This document shows, piece after piece, positions 1 through 10,336 of a stretch of 64,000 nucleotides of DNA. The translations under genes and the position numbers were made by a program. This DNA is from Takakia lepidozioides (taxonomy: Eukaryota; Plantae; Bryophyta), in contig CM060734.1 in NCBI GenBank assembly GCA_030704615.1, positions 9,114,001-9,178,000 on the forward strand. The letters run 5' to 3'. Within the stretch, counting starts at the first letter, position 1, and every line of letters begins with the position of its first letter. Below the pieces are notes generated by a model, which ran no database searches, was not told the DNA's origin, and saw only the letters and a program-made list of their open reading frames with translations.

Positions 1-323
1 AAGTTATTTTACCACTAGTGTGAAACTAGCTAGGAAATAGCTAGCTTTTACATATTGACATTTGGGATTGGCCCAAGTGTCAATCCAGGGATCAAGGCAG
101 ATTTAGGCCCTGGAGTGGTTATCTTCACGGCAAGTGCAGGAGGCTCATCTTTCTCGAGTTGAGCCTCACCGCGCCTAGCTATGGCGTCGTAGTGTGGATT
201 CCCCATGGCGTGGGGTGCACTTGGCTTGACTTGTATTTGAGTGATGAGGTTATATATGCATGAGTTTATGCTTCAGCTTTGTGAACTCACATGAGCTTGT
301 GCTTGTATTCTTCTTCTTTATCA
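1..323 (+). repeat. 5' terminal repeat, segment A (ends ...TTTATCA)
   Basis: Near-identical to 9405-9726 and homologous to 16687-16998. Confidence 0.95.
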
Positions 324-339
324 CTCGAGAAAGATGAGC
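324..339 (+). promoter_or_regulatory. Self-priming primer-binding site (Tf1/sushi type)
   Basis: CTCGAGAAAGATGAGC, immediately after the repeat, is the exact reverse complement of GCTCATCTTTCTCGAG at 143-158; no TGG-starting tRNA PBS is present. Confidence 0.8.
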
Positions 340-2943
340 TCGTATCTGTGAGTGCCAGATACGAGTTAGTTGTAGCACTTGTGGTTTTTGCTTGAGGATG
401 AGAGAAACTAGGTTGTTATGCAAGGAGCACGTGGAGCCCTTGGTTGTTAGAAGCGGAGACGATGTGGGTTATGAGGTGGTAGACCTTGGCCATCACAGCC
501 CCACAGGCCACAGGGCACAGGGCACAGCCTGTCACAACCCGCCACAGCCCGTCACAGCCCGTCACAGCCCCATCCATGGCCACTCATGACAGTTTAGCCA
601 TTTCTCCAAGGGGTTTAGCCACGCCAAGCTAGGGTTTGTGTCTCTTGGACTCTAGGCTTCTTTGCACCGAACTATGGTGGCTGTGAGGAAATCAACGAGG
701 TATTCTTGCTCTTTGTGGCCCCCACGCACCACCAATAGTATCTCTAATTCCAAAGGAAGATGTTTGCAACCGAAACTAAGTGCACAAGCTTCCTTTTAAC
801 TCACAAAAGAGCGCCATTGATCCCTATGGCGACTAACCAAACATGGCTGACTTCCAGCCCTTGTAGGCACTTATTCATGCGCTCTCCTTGGCCATAGAAT
901 GTGTCTTAGAGCCTATTCCAGCCCCCTACACCTACCACTTCAAGAGCCATGCTCTATCTAGGCTTGTAGTTGAAACCCCAACTCAGAACACGATCTACAA
1001 GTGTCGGACTGTCACATAAGAGCAGATCAGCCCCTTACCTTCTCTTCTAGCTCTCCAAAGCTTTAAAGATGGAGGCCTAACTAGGCTGAATGCATGCTCC
1101 ACACATGCCCTACAGGGAAACCAACTCCTTCATTCATTTCTTGCACTCCCAAACCTGAAAATGCAAGCCTTCAATGAGCTGAAAGCACGCTCCACACATG
1201 CGTTGCCCTCACATAAGAGAAGTAAGCCCTTCCCTCTTCCTTGCTTGCCCTCCAAGCTTGAAGATGGAAGCTTCAATGGGCTGCATGCATGCTCCACACA
1301 TGCATCCTCTTCACACAAGAGGTAATATCAGCCCCATATCTTGGCTCCTTGGCTCCTTGATGCTCTCTAAGACAAGACTAAGCACTCCACAGCCTTTGCC
1401 AAGCTCTTGAAAACCTAAGGCTTACATTTCCAACCACTTCCTCTTGTGGTGCAAGAGCTCTTCTTCCAAGCTCTGAAACCCTAGGTGCACATTCCATGGC
1501 CTTGCCGCACCTCTTAGCTCATGTTCCAGCCCTGCTCTTGCCATGACAAGAGCCCTCTCAATGCTGAAGCTCGAGATTGAAACCCAATCTCAACATACTC
1601 CACAAAGTGCACTGATTTGCCCCGAGTCAAATCAGCCCTTTCGCTTGGTCTTGCAGTCCTTCACACAATGAAAGCTCGCATTCCCAAGTCCAGTTCTCAG
1701 CTTTGCCACCAAAGCCACTATAACCTGCTCTTGACTGGTCCTCTTCCCAATCGTGCTTGCTCATGCATGTACACAATCTGAAACCATCAAGGTGCTCTGG
1801 AATTACTTGCAGCATGGTGCTTTCATCTCTGAAGCTGAAGATCGAATGGACTGTGATGGGCTGTGATAGGCTGTGACATGTGGCCTTTGGGGTTGTGATG
1901 GCCTGTGACCTGTGGCCTTGGGGGCTGTGAGGGGCTGTGACAGGCTGTGACCTGTGGCCTGTGGCTTGTGTGGGGTTGTGACGGCTGTGACCAGTGGTCT
2001 GTGTGGGCATGTGCTGGTCTGTGGTGGCCCGTGTTGACATGTGGACGGCCTATGCTAACTCATGGAGGCGCTGGTGGGCTGCCTGAGGACTAGCATGCGG
2101 TCTTGAAGGTCAAATTTTGAAGCTCGTGGAGGGCGGTTTGAGGAGTATCTTCATGATATTTCCATGGTCATGCAAGTGAGGGAAGAGAGGAGAAAAAGAG
2201 TGTTGGGATGAGGGCATGCTGGGGTTAGACATTGCTTTAGCTTCTTTTCCTTGTAGTTTTCCACCCTCTCATTAGGCCAAGACCTTTCCGTAGGTGGAGG
2301 CAAGAGTCAGTTCGGGTTTGGGCTGGGGTGTCCTTGCAGGAGCAACACCGTGGAGATGTTTTTGGTGTGGGGGAGTTGTCGTTCTGATTTCTTGTGTTTG
2401 GATCCCTTCCATACCTACATGCTTGACTGTGCGCCATGTTAGTTTTATGTGGGCGCTTGTTTTTATAGGTGATTGGTCCGGATTTGATCACCGGCCAGTC
2501 CTAGAGCATGCTGTCAATGGTGAGGCTGGGGTGATGACCAGTCAGACCATCATTGTTTCTCCAGTGGTGAGGTTGGAGGTGATGACCAGCCAACCATAGG
2601 AGTGCTTGCGGTGGATGCAGGTGCAGGTGTAGGCTATGTTAGAAACCTAGTATTCCAAACCATAAGCCGCAACAGGTTCTCTATCCGGTTACCTTGTGGA
2701 GAGGGGGTTAGGGACATGTTCATAACCGGTTGAGTGACAGTTTCTCAACACGGAGGTGCCACTAGTTGCTGGGGACAGTGCCGGTTCAAGCACTAGCAAT
2801 ACTAGTGGGTACACGAGACGAGGTGTGCGGTTTAGGCCACCTACACCTCCTGTGTCTTCTACGGAAGTTCTGATTCGGATTGTGAATCAGGACGACTCAC
2901 ACCGGCGGTGCAAGTTGGTTCCTTGCCATTGTTGTGGGACACA

Positions 2944-4170
2944 ATGGAAGAGATGTATGGAGCTACCAAGGGGCCACGAAGGTACTCTGGGGCGGTGGGC
3001 ACCATCGAGTTGGATGATTTTATCCAAGAGTTTGATAGTTGGTGTGATTTGCAGCAAATGCGCAATCCACAACTATTTACGCCTTTCATGGCATGGAAGG
3101 GGCTGTTTCAGCACCTTGAGGGGCCGCCTATGGATGATTATCATGAGTTCAGGCGGGGGCATGAGGTTGAGATCGAGGAGTGGAGGATGTACTGGTCACC
3201 CGACTATGTCTCCATCACTAGGGGCACTAGAGCCACGAGGGCAGTGGCTACACCTGCCGCTGCACCGGCAGCTTCAGCAAGCAACAGTGGGACTAGTGGG
3301 ACTGGTGGTACCGTAGCTACGACGTCCACCCAAGCCACTACCGCACCAGCACCAGTACCCGTGCCTGCCTTCAACCCTGTTGTGGAGTTCTTCGAAGAGT
3401 TGAGAAGGAACTACCAAGGGGTGATGACAGAGAAGTTGCGGAGCTTGCAAGAGTTCCAATAGAAGCCTACTGAGAGCTTGAGGGAGGCTTTCACTCGCAT
3501 GAGGGCTTGATAAATGTAACCCAAGGGGTTACGGAAGCTCAGGCAGTCCAATTCTGGTATGGGATATTGGACAATGAGCTGAGGAGAAGGGTGCGGGATG
3601 CAACTCTCCACAAGCGGCCCAACCCACCTTAGCAAATGTGTTTTTGCTGGTAGAGCGGATAGAGCTCAACATGGTGAAGGAACGAGTGGTCATGGTAGGA
3701 TTTGCTAAGGAGACACCACGGGGTAGTGGTGCTCCTAGCCAACCACTACCTCAACGTGCTCAAGGTAACAAGGGGGCTCAGGTGAAGCTCATGGAAGGAC
3801 AGAGAGGACCTCAGATGCAGGGATCTCTCCCTTCATTTGCAGGCCAACAACGGGCGGAGGTGGTGTGTTGGACATGTGGAGGACCCCATGTTAAGAAGGA
3901 TTGCCCAGAGGGAGGCAAAGGGCCGGCACATGCACAGCCTGCACAGTTGCAGTGTGGGCATTGTGGCAAGCACGGGCATGGAGAGGCCCAGAGTTATGGT
4001 TTGCATCCTGAGTTGCGCCCAGGCCAGTTCCAAGGGAACAATGGTGGCCGGGGGCGAGGTCGGGCAGCCCAGAAAGGACGAGGTGGCCAGGCACGAGGGC
4101 AAGCTCAACATGGCCAATGACGTGAAGGTCAGGGTGTTGACCAAGGCATGGCCAACCGGCTTCAGCAGCT
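2944..4170 (+). pseudogene. gag: gag with two CCHC-type zinc knuckles (copy 1)
   Basis: ORF pieces 2908-3462 and 3638-4120; CWTCGGPHVKKDC and CGHCGKHGH motifs; collinear with the copy 2 ORF 10251-11438. Confidence 0.85.
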
Positions 4171-4859
4171 AGAGTAGATGCTCGCTGCCATAGCTACAGC
4201 TCAGGTGGTACCGGCTCCAGGCCGGATGGTCCACCTCCTGCTCCTGAGGGAGGAGATATGGGAGGCATGGGATTCATGTGCGGAGCAGCACTACCACTAG
4301 TGCAGGTGGAGTCTGCTGCAACCGTGACTCGGGGAGCAGCACGAGTTCCTGAGCCACGAGGTGCAGAGGTGGAGTTGGATCCACAGCGTGGGGAGGCAAG
4401 CCGTCAGGCTAGGATTCCTCAGTCATTCACATTGGCGGAAACAATGTCGACGCCATCCATGGCACCTAGTTCTCGCCCGACTGTTACCGAGGCGGAGGTT
4501 ACTATGTCATTGGGGAGAGCTACACGGGTAGCACCACTACCTAGTATTGCCAAGGCTACGGCAGCTAGTGTGCTGTTGGGAGCGGCCACATCTGTGTGTC
4601 AGGCTCCATTGTTCTCGGCTACCATGATTGCGACGTCGAGGGTAAGACCAGCTGAGGTGTTCAGGCTGGCAACTACACTCTGTGAGAGTGGGGAGGTTAC
4701 TTCATCTTCTACAGAGATAGTGAGAGGTCTAGTGCCGGAGGGATCCTCGGATTTGAGGGTCAAGACTGCCACGACGGCGCCATGGCAAGCTACAGCTGTC
4801 AGGTTGATGAAGCTGTCAGCTAGGCCAGCCATTGAGCACGCCATGGTGACACCTGGAGT

Positions 4860-5250
4860 TGTCATGTTAGACAACCAGGCTGACATTTTCTGTTTGAGTG
4901 GACCGGCAGGCAAGAGGTACCGGCCACTGCGGGTCTTGCTGGACTCAGGAGCTCAGCCATTGATGCTGGGTAGAGCTGTTATTGCAGGCTTGGGCCTCAC
5001 GGAGGCGGATATGGAGCTGTGCCCTTTCCAGATATAGACGTCTCTGGAGGATCGGAGCATGCTCGGGGCATGACACGGCGTGAGTTGGCTATCAGACTAC
5101 GGCCGGATCACCCTACAGATGGCTCAATGATGCAAGCCAAGGCCATTGTGACAGACGCGGTCTCATACGATGTCCTGGTTGGTGGGGCAGTGTTGTACCC
5201 CATGGGCTTCACCCTGGATTTTTGGGAGGAGTCAGTTTCCTATAGGCTGG
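4860..5250 (+). pseudogene. Retroviral-type aspartic protease (copy 1)
   Basis: RVLLDSGAQ catalytic motif and downstream YDVLVGG motif; frameshift near 5037. Confidence 0.85.
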
Positions 5251-5639
5251 ATGGCAGTCAGGGGAGGGCCGACGTGTGCAGCTCCCTGTGACGTTCATAG
5301 GAGGAGTTGCGGTTGCCCAAGGGGCAAGATGCCGACACTAGCAGCATTCACAGCTGCAATGAGTTGGCCTGGAGAGTTACTTGAGAGCAATGCTCATTCA
5401 GAGGATGACACACCTCTAGGAGAGCAGGTTGACATGTATGGTATGGCGGAGTTGTCTGCCATGGTTGCTCATACTCCATTGTGGGCTCGAGCAAGGATTT
5501 GCAGCGGGTTGCTGATCGACGGGTGCAACAAGCCTGGGTAGAGGCTTTTGTACCGTCAAGAGAGGAGGACAGTGCGGGGATTGCACCAGGACCACCTCAA
5601 TTGTCACCATTGGACACCATACCGATCGTGTGGCAGTAT

Positions 5640-6620
5640 CCAGATGAAGGCATTTGTCTTCTGGACTTGTTTGGCGGATCAGCACCGGATTGGCTGCTGT
5701 GTTACAAGCAAGTGTACGAGTTTGGCGTTACATGTATGTGGAGAGGGATGAGATTGCACGACATATTTCACTTTGCCATGTTGCTCAGTTGGTGCAGCAG
5801 TACCCTGAGTTGTTGCCGGTGTCTGCAGTTCGTGGATATCAGCAGGCCTTGCCAGCAGACATTTCGTTGCTGGGGGCGCAGGATTTGGAGCGGGTTGGCT
5901 CCATTGATCTGGTAGTGGCAGGTTGGCCCTGCCAAGGGCATTCATCAGCCGGGCATGGCAATGGATTGCAAGACTCGAGGTCGGGTCTGTTTTGGGAGAT
6001 GGTACGGGTTTTGCGCCACTTGCAGCTTCATCAAGCTGTATCTCCAGCATATATCTTGGAGAATGTGCCACTGATGGGCGATTCTCGGGCCAGGGTGATG
6101 GCCAGTGTGCATCAAGTCCGGTCGTGGCTTGGGTCAGCAGTGTTGCTAGATGCAGCTGTAGTGGGGTCATGGGCTCATCGTCCCCGGCTATGGTGGACTA
6201 ACTTGATGTCACCCGCACTGCTTAAGCGTGCATTTGATGGGGTGCAGCGACCAGCACACCTCATAATGGATAGCATTTTGGACACATGGAGGCAGTCTCA
6301 GCGTGTGAGATACGATGACCGTTCGCCTTTGGCAGTGGTCAATAGGGTGGGTCAACCACGAGCAGCATTACCTACACTGCTCAGCTTCCCAAGATCGCAT
6401 GCTTTCCGGGATAGTGGACCTGGCCTCCTGTGGGATGCTCAGTTGTAGCAGTTAGTGGAGCCTAATGCTGACGAGCGTGAGCGGGCAATGGGTTTTACCA
6501 CTGGTACCACGGCGGTGTCGTCTCTTTCTGAGGCATCACGTCGTCAGGTGTTGGGGCAAGCAATGGATCTCAATTGCTTGACCTGGATTATCAGCTTGGC
6601 TATGGCTGAGCAACGCAGAG
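5640..6620 (+). pseudogene. C5 cytosine DNA methyltransferase, DNMT3-like, inside the polyprotein (copy 1)
   Basis: Motif I LLDLFGG (frameshifted), IV VVAGWPCQG, VI YILENV, VIII AHRPRLWWTN, IX ERERAMGF, X RRQVLGQAMD, all in canonical order. Confidence 0.92.
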
Positions 6621-6894
6621 TGCGGAGTACACTTCCCTCGCTGGTCTCTCTGCCTACCGAGACGGTACAGGCAGTGAATGGGGGCGAGCATGTGAGGACC
6701 ACGGGGTGTAGCCATCCATGGCACACGTGGGAGGTGCTCGAGGTTTAGAGGGAGTTGGCAGCCAAGGTGGCGGTGATGGATGAGGTTGGGGATTTTTCTC
6801 GGGTTGAGGAAGTCCTCGAGGATAATATGCAGGAGAGGAGCATCCTCATTCATTTTCCAGCACTCCACCTCTTCGCATTTCACTCGGAGAAGTT

Positions 6895-7262
6895 AGCTCA
6901 AGGCGAGGTTGACCTCGGCGCCTATCCTGAGACGACCTATCAGGGGGCGTCCCTTTCAGCTGCATACGGATTGGAGCATGCTGGGGCTTGGAGCGGTGCT
7001 CACACAGGTGGATGATGAGCGAAGAGAGTTCGTAGTGACTTATGCTAGCCGCTCGAACAACGCTGCAGAGGCTAAGTACAGCTCATATGAGGGAGAGTGC
7101 TTAGCTGCAGTGTGGGCCGTGGCACACTTCAGGTGCTATCTATACAGCAATCTCTTCACCCTTGTCACGGATCACCAACCACTCAAGTGGTTGATGGAGT
7201 CAGACAAGCTTACGGGGAAGCTTGCACGGTGGGCACTCGTACTCCAGGAGTATGACTTTTAG
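6895..7262 (+). pseudogene. Ty3/gypsy RNase H (copy 1)
   Basis: LTSAPIL, FQLHTDWS, YASRS, YSSYEGECLAAVWAV, LVTDHQPL and RWALVLQEYDF motifs. Confidence 0.93.
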
Positions 7263-7265
7263 GTT

Positions 7266-8960
7266 GTGCATCGACCGGGTTTGGTCAATCGGGATGCGGA
7301 TGGATTGAGTCGCAATCCATGCACGAGCCAGCAGGATGACACTGGAGTTCGGTGGCATGGTGAGACGGATGAGGAGATGGTGTCGGGATGGCACGCATAT
7401 GCCTTTTTGTGTATCTTGGCATCGGGAGGTCAGGTTGGACCTACAACAGGGATGACTATAGACGGAGTGTCTGAGGACCCTGAGGCTAGTGATGAGCCAG
7501 GTGGTGCCAGAGATATACATGAGGATTTGGCTGTGTTGGACTACCTCCGCACGGGAGACACGGCAGCCACTGTGACTGCCAGGAAGAGGGATCGGATCCT
7601 GCAACGAGCCAAGAGGTTCAAGTGGGAGGGGATACACTTGCTTCGAGTGTGGGAGGATGGTCGGGTGAGGATCGTGCCTCACCCAACACAGCGTGCACGG
7701 TTAGTGCGGCATGCCCATGAGGAGTTGGGGCATTTTGGAGTGCGATGCACTCACAGTTTACTGCAGGGGCAGTATTGGTGGCGTGGTATGCATACAGAGG
7801 TGCAACAGTTCGTGGCTAGGTGCATGGTGTGTGACAGGGTGCGTGCTTCATTCAACGCCCCTACACCACAGTTGCATCCTTTACCAATCATGGGATTGGG
7901 CTATAGGTGGAGTCTTGACTTCGCAGGACCGTTGCCACTAACTATGCACCACCACAAATATGCGTTGGTGATGGTGGAGCACTTCTCCAAGTGGATTGAG
8001 TTGGTTCCATTGCCTGACAAGGCTAGTGAAGGGGCTGCGTATGCATTCCTGGATCGTGTGCTTAGCCGATTTGGTGCTCCAGCTGAGGTACTCACGGACC
8101 AAGGAAGAGAGTTCTTGGGGGAGTTTCAGGTTTTGTGTGATAAAGCCTTGATAGACCACCGCACCACTTCTCGGGATCATCCTGAGGCCGATGGCTTGGT
8201 AAAGCAAGTTGTTCAGACGGTGAAGAGGGGTTTGCGCAAGTATGGCTTGCAGAAGGGACACCTAGGAGATTGGGATCTTCAGGTGCCTTGGTTAGCCATG
8301 GGCTACAGATTCAGCAAACAAGCATCACTTGCCTCTTTCTCACCATATTTCCTTCTCGTTGGCCGAGAGCCGGATTTGCTTGCAACCTTTCGTAGGGACA
8401 CTGCTCAAGTCCTTAACCTTGACGATCCGGACGTGTGGGTACGTGCATGTGGTCAGCGTGCAGAGTTGTTCATGAAAGTCATACCCATGGCTTTTGAGAA
8501 CCTTGCCATTGCACAACACCGTGATACGTTGAGGTATGCCACTATACGTGGTGGAGGATATCGTCCTGGGGTTCGGAGGTTTAGCCCTGGTGACTATGTT
8601 TATTTGCAGCAGACTACTCCTACGACCCTGGATGTCACTGCAGGGCGTGTTATTCTGAGGGTTCGAGAGGTGTTGCCCTCAAGAGTCCTGATATTAGAGG
8701 GTCGGGATGGCATGACTTGGAAAGACCATGTGCGTAATTGTGCGCCATGTCACCTTCTCAATGTCGATGGCAGAGTTGACCCAAACTTGGTAGCAGTGGT
8801 ACCTGCAGGTTTGAGGTGCATGCTCTGTGGGTCTGCCAAAGGGGCAGCCACCATGCTGGTGTGTGATCGATGCTCAAGAGGTTGGCATATGGGATGCTTG
8901 ACACCACCTCTTAAGAGGGTTCCTGATGGAGATTGGTTATATCCACACTGCTTGGGATAG
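7266..8960 (+). CDS. Integrase (HHCC zinc finger plus DDE core) with C-terminal PHD finger; open frame inside a defective element
   Basis: HEELGH...CMVC, WSLDFAGP, LTDQGREF and HPEADG motifs; C-terminal CMLC-x11-CDRC-x4-HMGC...WLYPHC (PHD, one Cys replaced by Tyr). Confidence 0.92.
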   Translation: MHRPGLVNRDADGLSRNPCTSQQDDTGVRWHGETDEEMVSGWHAYAFLCILASGGQVGPTTGMTIDGVSEDPEASDEPGGARDIHEDLAVLDYLRTGDTAATVTARKRDRILQRAKRFKWEGIHLLRVWEDGRVRIVPHPTQRARLVRHAHEELGHFGVRCTHSLLQGQYWWRGMHTEVQQFVARCMVCDRVRASFNAPTPQLHPLPIMGLGYRWSLDFAGPLPLTMHHHKYALVMVEHFSKWIELVPLPDKASEGAAYAFLDRVLSRFGAPAEVLTDQGREFLGEFQVLCDKALIDHRTTSRDHPEADGLVKQVVQTVKRGLRKYGLQKGHLGDWDLQVPWLAMGYRFSKQASLASFSPYFLLVGREPDLLATFRRDTAQVLNLDDPDVWVRACGQRAELFMKVIPMAFENLAIAQHRDTLRYATIRGGGYRPGVRRFSPGDYVYLQQTTPTTLDVTAGRVILRVREVLPSRVLILEGRDGMTWKDHVRNCAPCHLLNVDGRVDPNLVAVVPAGLRCMLCGSAKGAATMLVCDRCSRGWHMGCLTPPLKRVPDGDWLYPHCLG

Positions 8961-9209
8961 TGGCAGTGGCCATGACTAGAGGCAGCTAACAAGACATGAG
9001 AGGCCAAGCTCATAGGAGTCAATACACGAGATCCCAGGCTCAAGTTCACAGGTTGCAAGACGGCGACTAATGATGGGGCAACTCTTGCACCCGGCCTCTT
9101 GATCTATCGAGTTTGAGTGTAGTAGGGATAGTGGTGGAGGACTTAGTGAGGCTATGGTCACTATCACATCTTGTGGCTACCAAGACTTAGAGGGACCTAA
9201 GCACCAGCT

Positions 9210-9219
9210 AGGGGGACAA
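9210..9219 (+). promoter_or_regulatory. Polypurine tract (copy 1)
   Basis: AGGGGGACAA directly precedes the TG start of the 3' repeat; equivalent AGGGGGGGCAA at 16440-16450. Confidence 0.85.
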
Positions 9220-9220
9220 T

Positions 9221-9917
9221 TGTGTGGACTAGTGACTGCCATAGTGGGCAGCATAGTGGCAGCCTAGTGACTGACTAGTTGTAGCCTAGTGGTTGGACTA
9301 ATGGTGGACTAGTGGTATACTACTGTGTGTGCGTGCACATGTATTGTGTGGTTTTGGACAGCGATGTAGTTTGTGTAGCGATATGTATGCGCACGACAAC
9401 TGTCAAGTTATTTTACCACTAGTGTGAAACTAGCTAGGAAATAGCTAGCTTTTACATATTGACATTTGGGATTGGCCCAAGTGTCAATCCAGAGGTCAAG
9501 GCAGATTTAGGCCCTGAAGTGGTTATCTTCACGGCAAGCGCAGAAGGCTCATTTTTCTCAAGTTGAGCCTCACCGCGCCTAGCTATGGCGCCGTAGTGTG
9601 GATTCCCCATGGCGTGGGGTGCACTTGGCTTGACTTGTATTTGAGTGATGAGGTTATATATGCATGAGTTTATGCTTCAGCTTTGTGAGCTCGCATGAGC
9701 TTGTGCTTGTATTCTTCTTCTTTATCTATTGTGTGGACTAGTGACTGCCATAGTGGGCAGCATAGTGGCAACCTAGTGACTGACTAGTTGTAGCCTAGTG
9801 GTTGGACTAGTGGCTGGACTAGTGGTGGACTAGTGGTATACTAGTGTGTGGCGTGCACATGTGTTGTGTGGTTTTGGACAGCGATGTAGTTGTGTAGCGA
9901 TATGTATGCGCACGACA
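9221..9917 (+). repeat. 3' terminal repeat B1(9221-9398)-A2(9401-9726)-B2(9730-9917), copy 1
   Basis: B segment is duplicated on either side of A; homology stops at CACGACA. Confidence 0.92.
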
Positions 9918-10099
9918 ACTTTAATAACTGCTCAACCTCTTATGTCCATCCTCTATAATCAATCATCCATTTCTTCTATCATCCAGTCACGGGTAGACTA
10001 TCGGCTGCATACAAAATATCGAGGAACACTGCTCTATCGCAGCAATATCGAAGGTATCACAGAGTATATCAATAGAAAAATACACTAATTTTTTTTTAA

Positions 10100-10336
10100 A
10101 TCGTAGCCTCGCCAGTAATTCCTATTATTCTACACGTTCCTTCAGGGATTCGGATGTTGCCAATCTCTTGGTGATGGCTAGTCGCAATGAGGGAATCTCT
10201 ATTTCGATTGGCATAATGGACTCCACCCCGTAAACTAATGAAAAAGGGGTGTGTTGAGTGGTTACCTTATGTGTCGTGCAAAACGCCCACAAAGCTTAAA
10301 TCAACTTGGTGTCCCAATCCCGCTTATGCTCCCTCT
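10100..10336 (-). pseudogene. Fragment of an unrelated gypsy (Athila/Tat-like) integrase
   Basis: Manual minus-strand translation: HKRDWDTKLI*ALWAFCTTHKVTTQHTPFSLVYGVESIMPIEIEIPSLRL. Confidence 0.75.

Larger units (their letters stand above)
1..9917 (+). mobile_element. Ty3/gypsy LTR-type retrotransposon copy 1 (gag-PR-C5 MTase-[RT deleted]-RNaseH-IN-PHD), decayed; 5' end runs off the window
   Basis: Repeat 1-323 recurs at 9405-9726; polypurine tract at 9210-9219; domain order PR-RH-IN is gypsy; several stops and frameshifts. Confidence 0.95.

Noticed and set aside
5654-6448. Bacterial restriction-modification MTase or contamination
   Set aside because: Embedded collinearly in a gypsy polyprotein in two copies within plant repeats; no cognate nuclease
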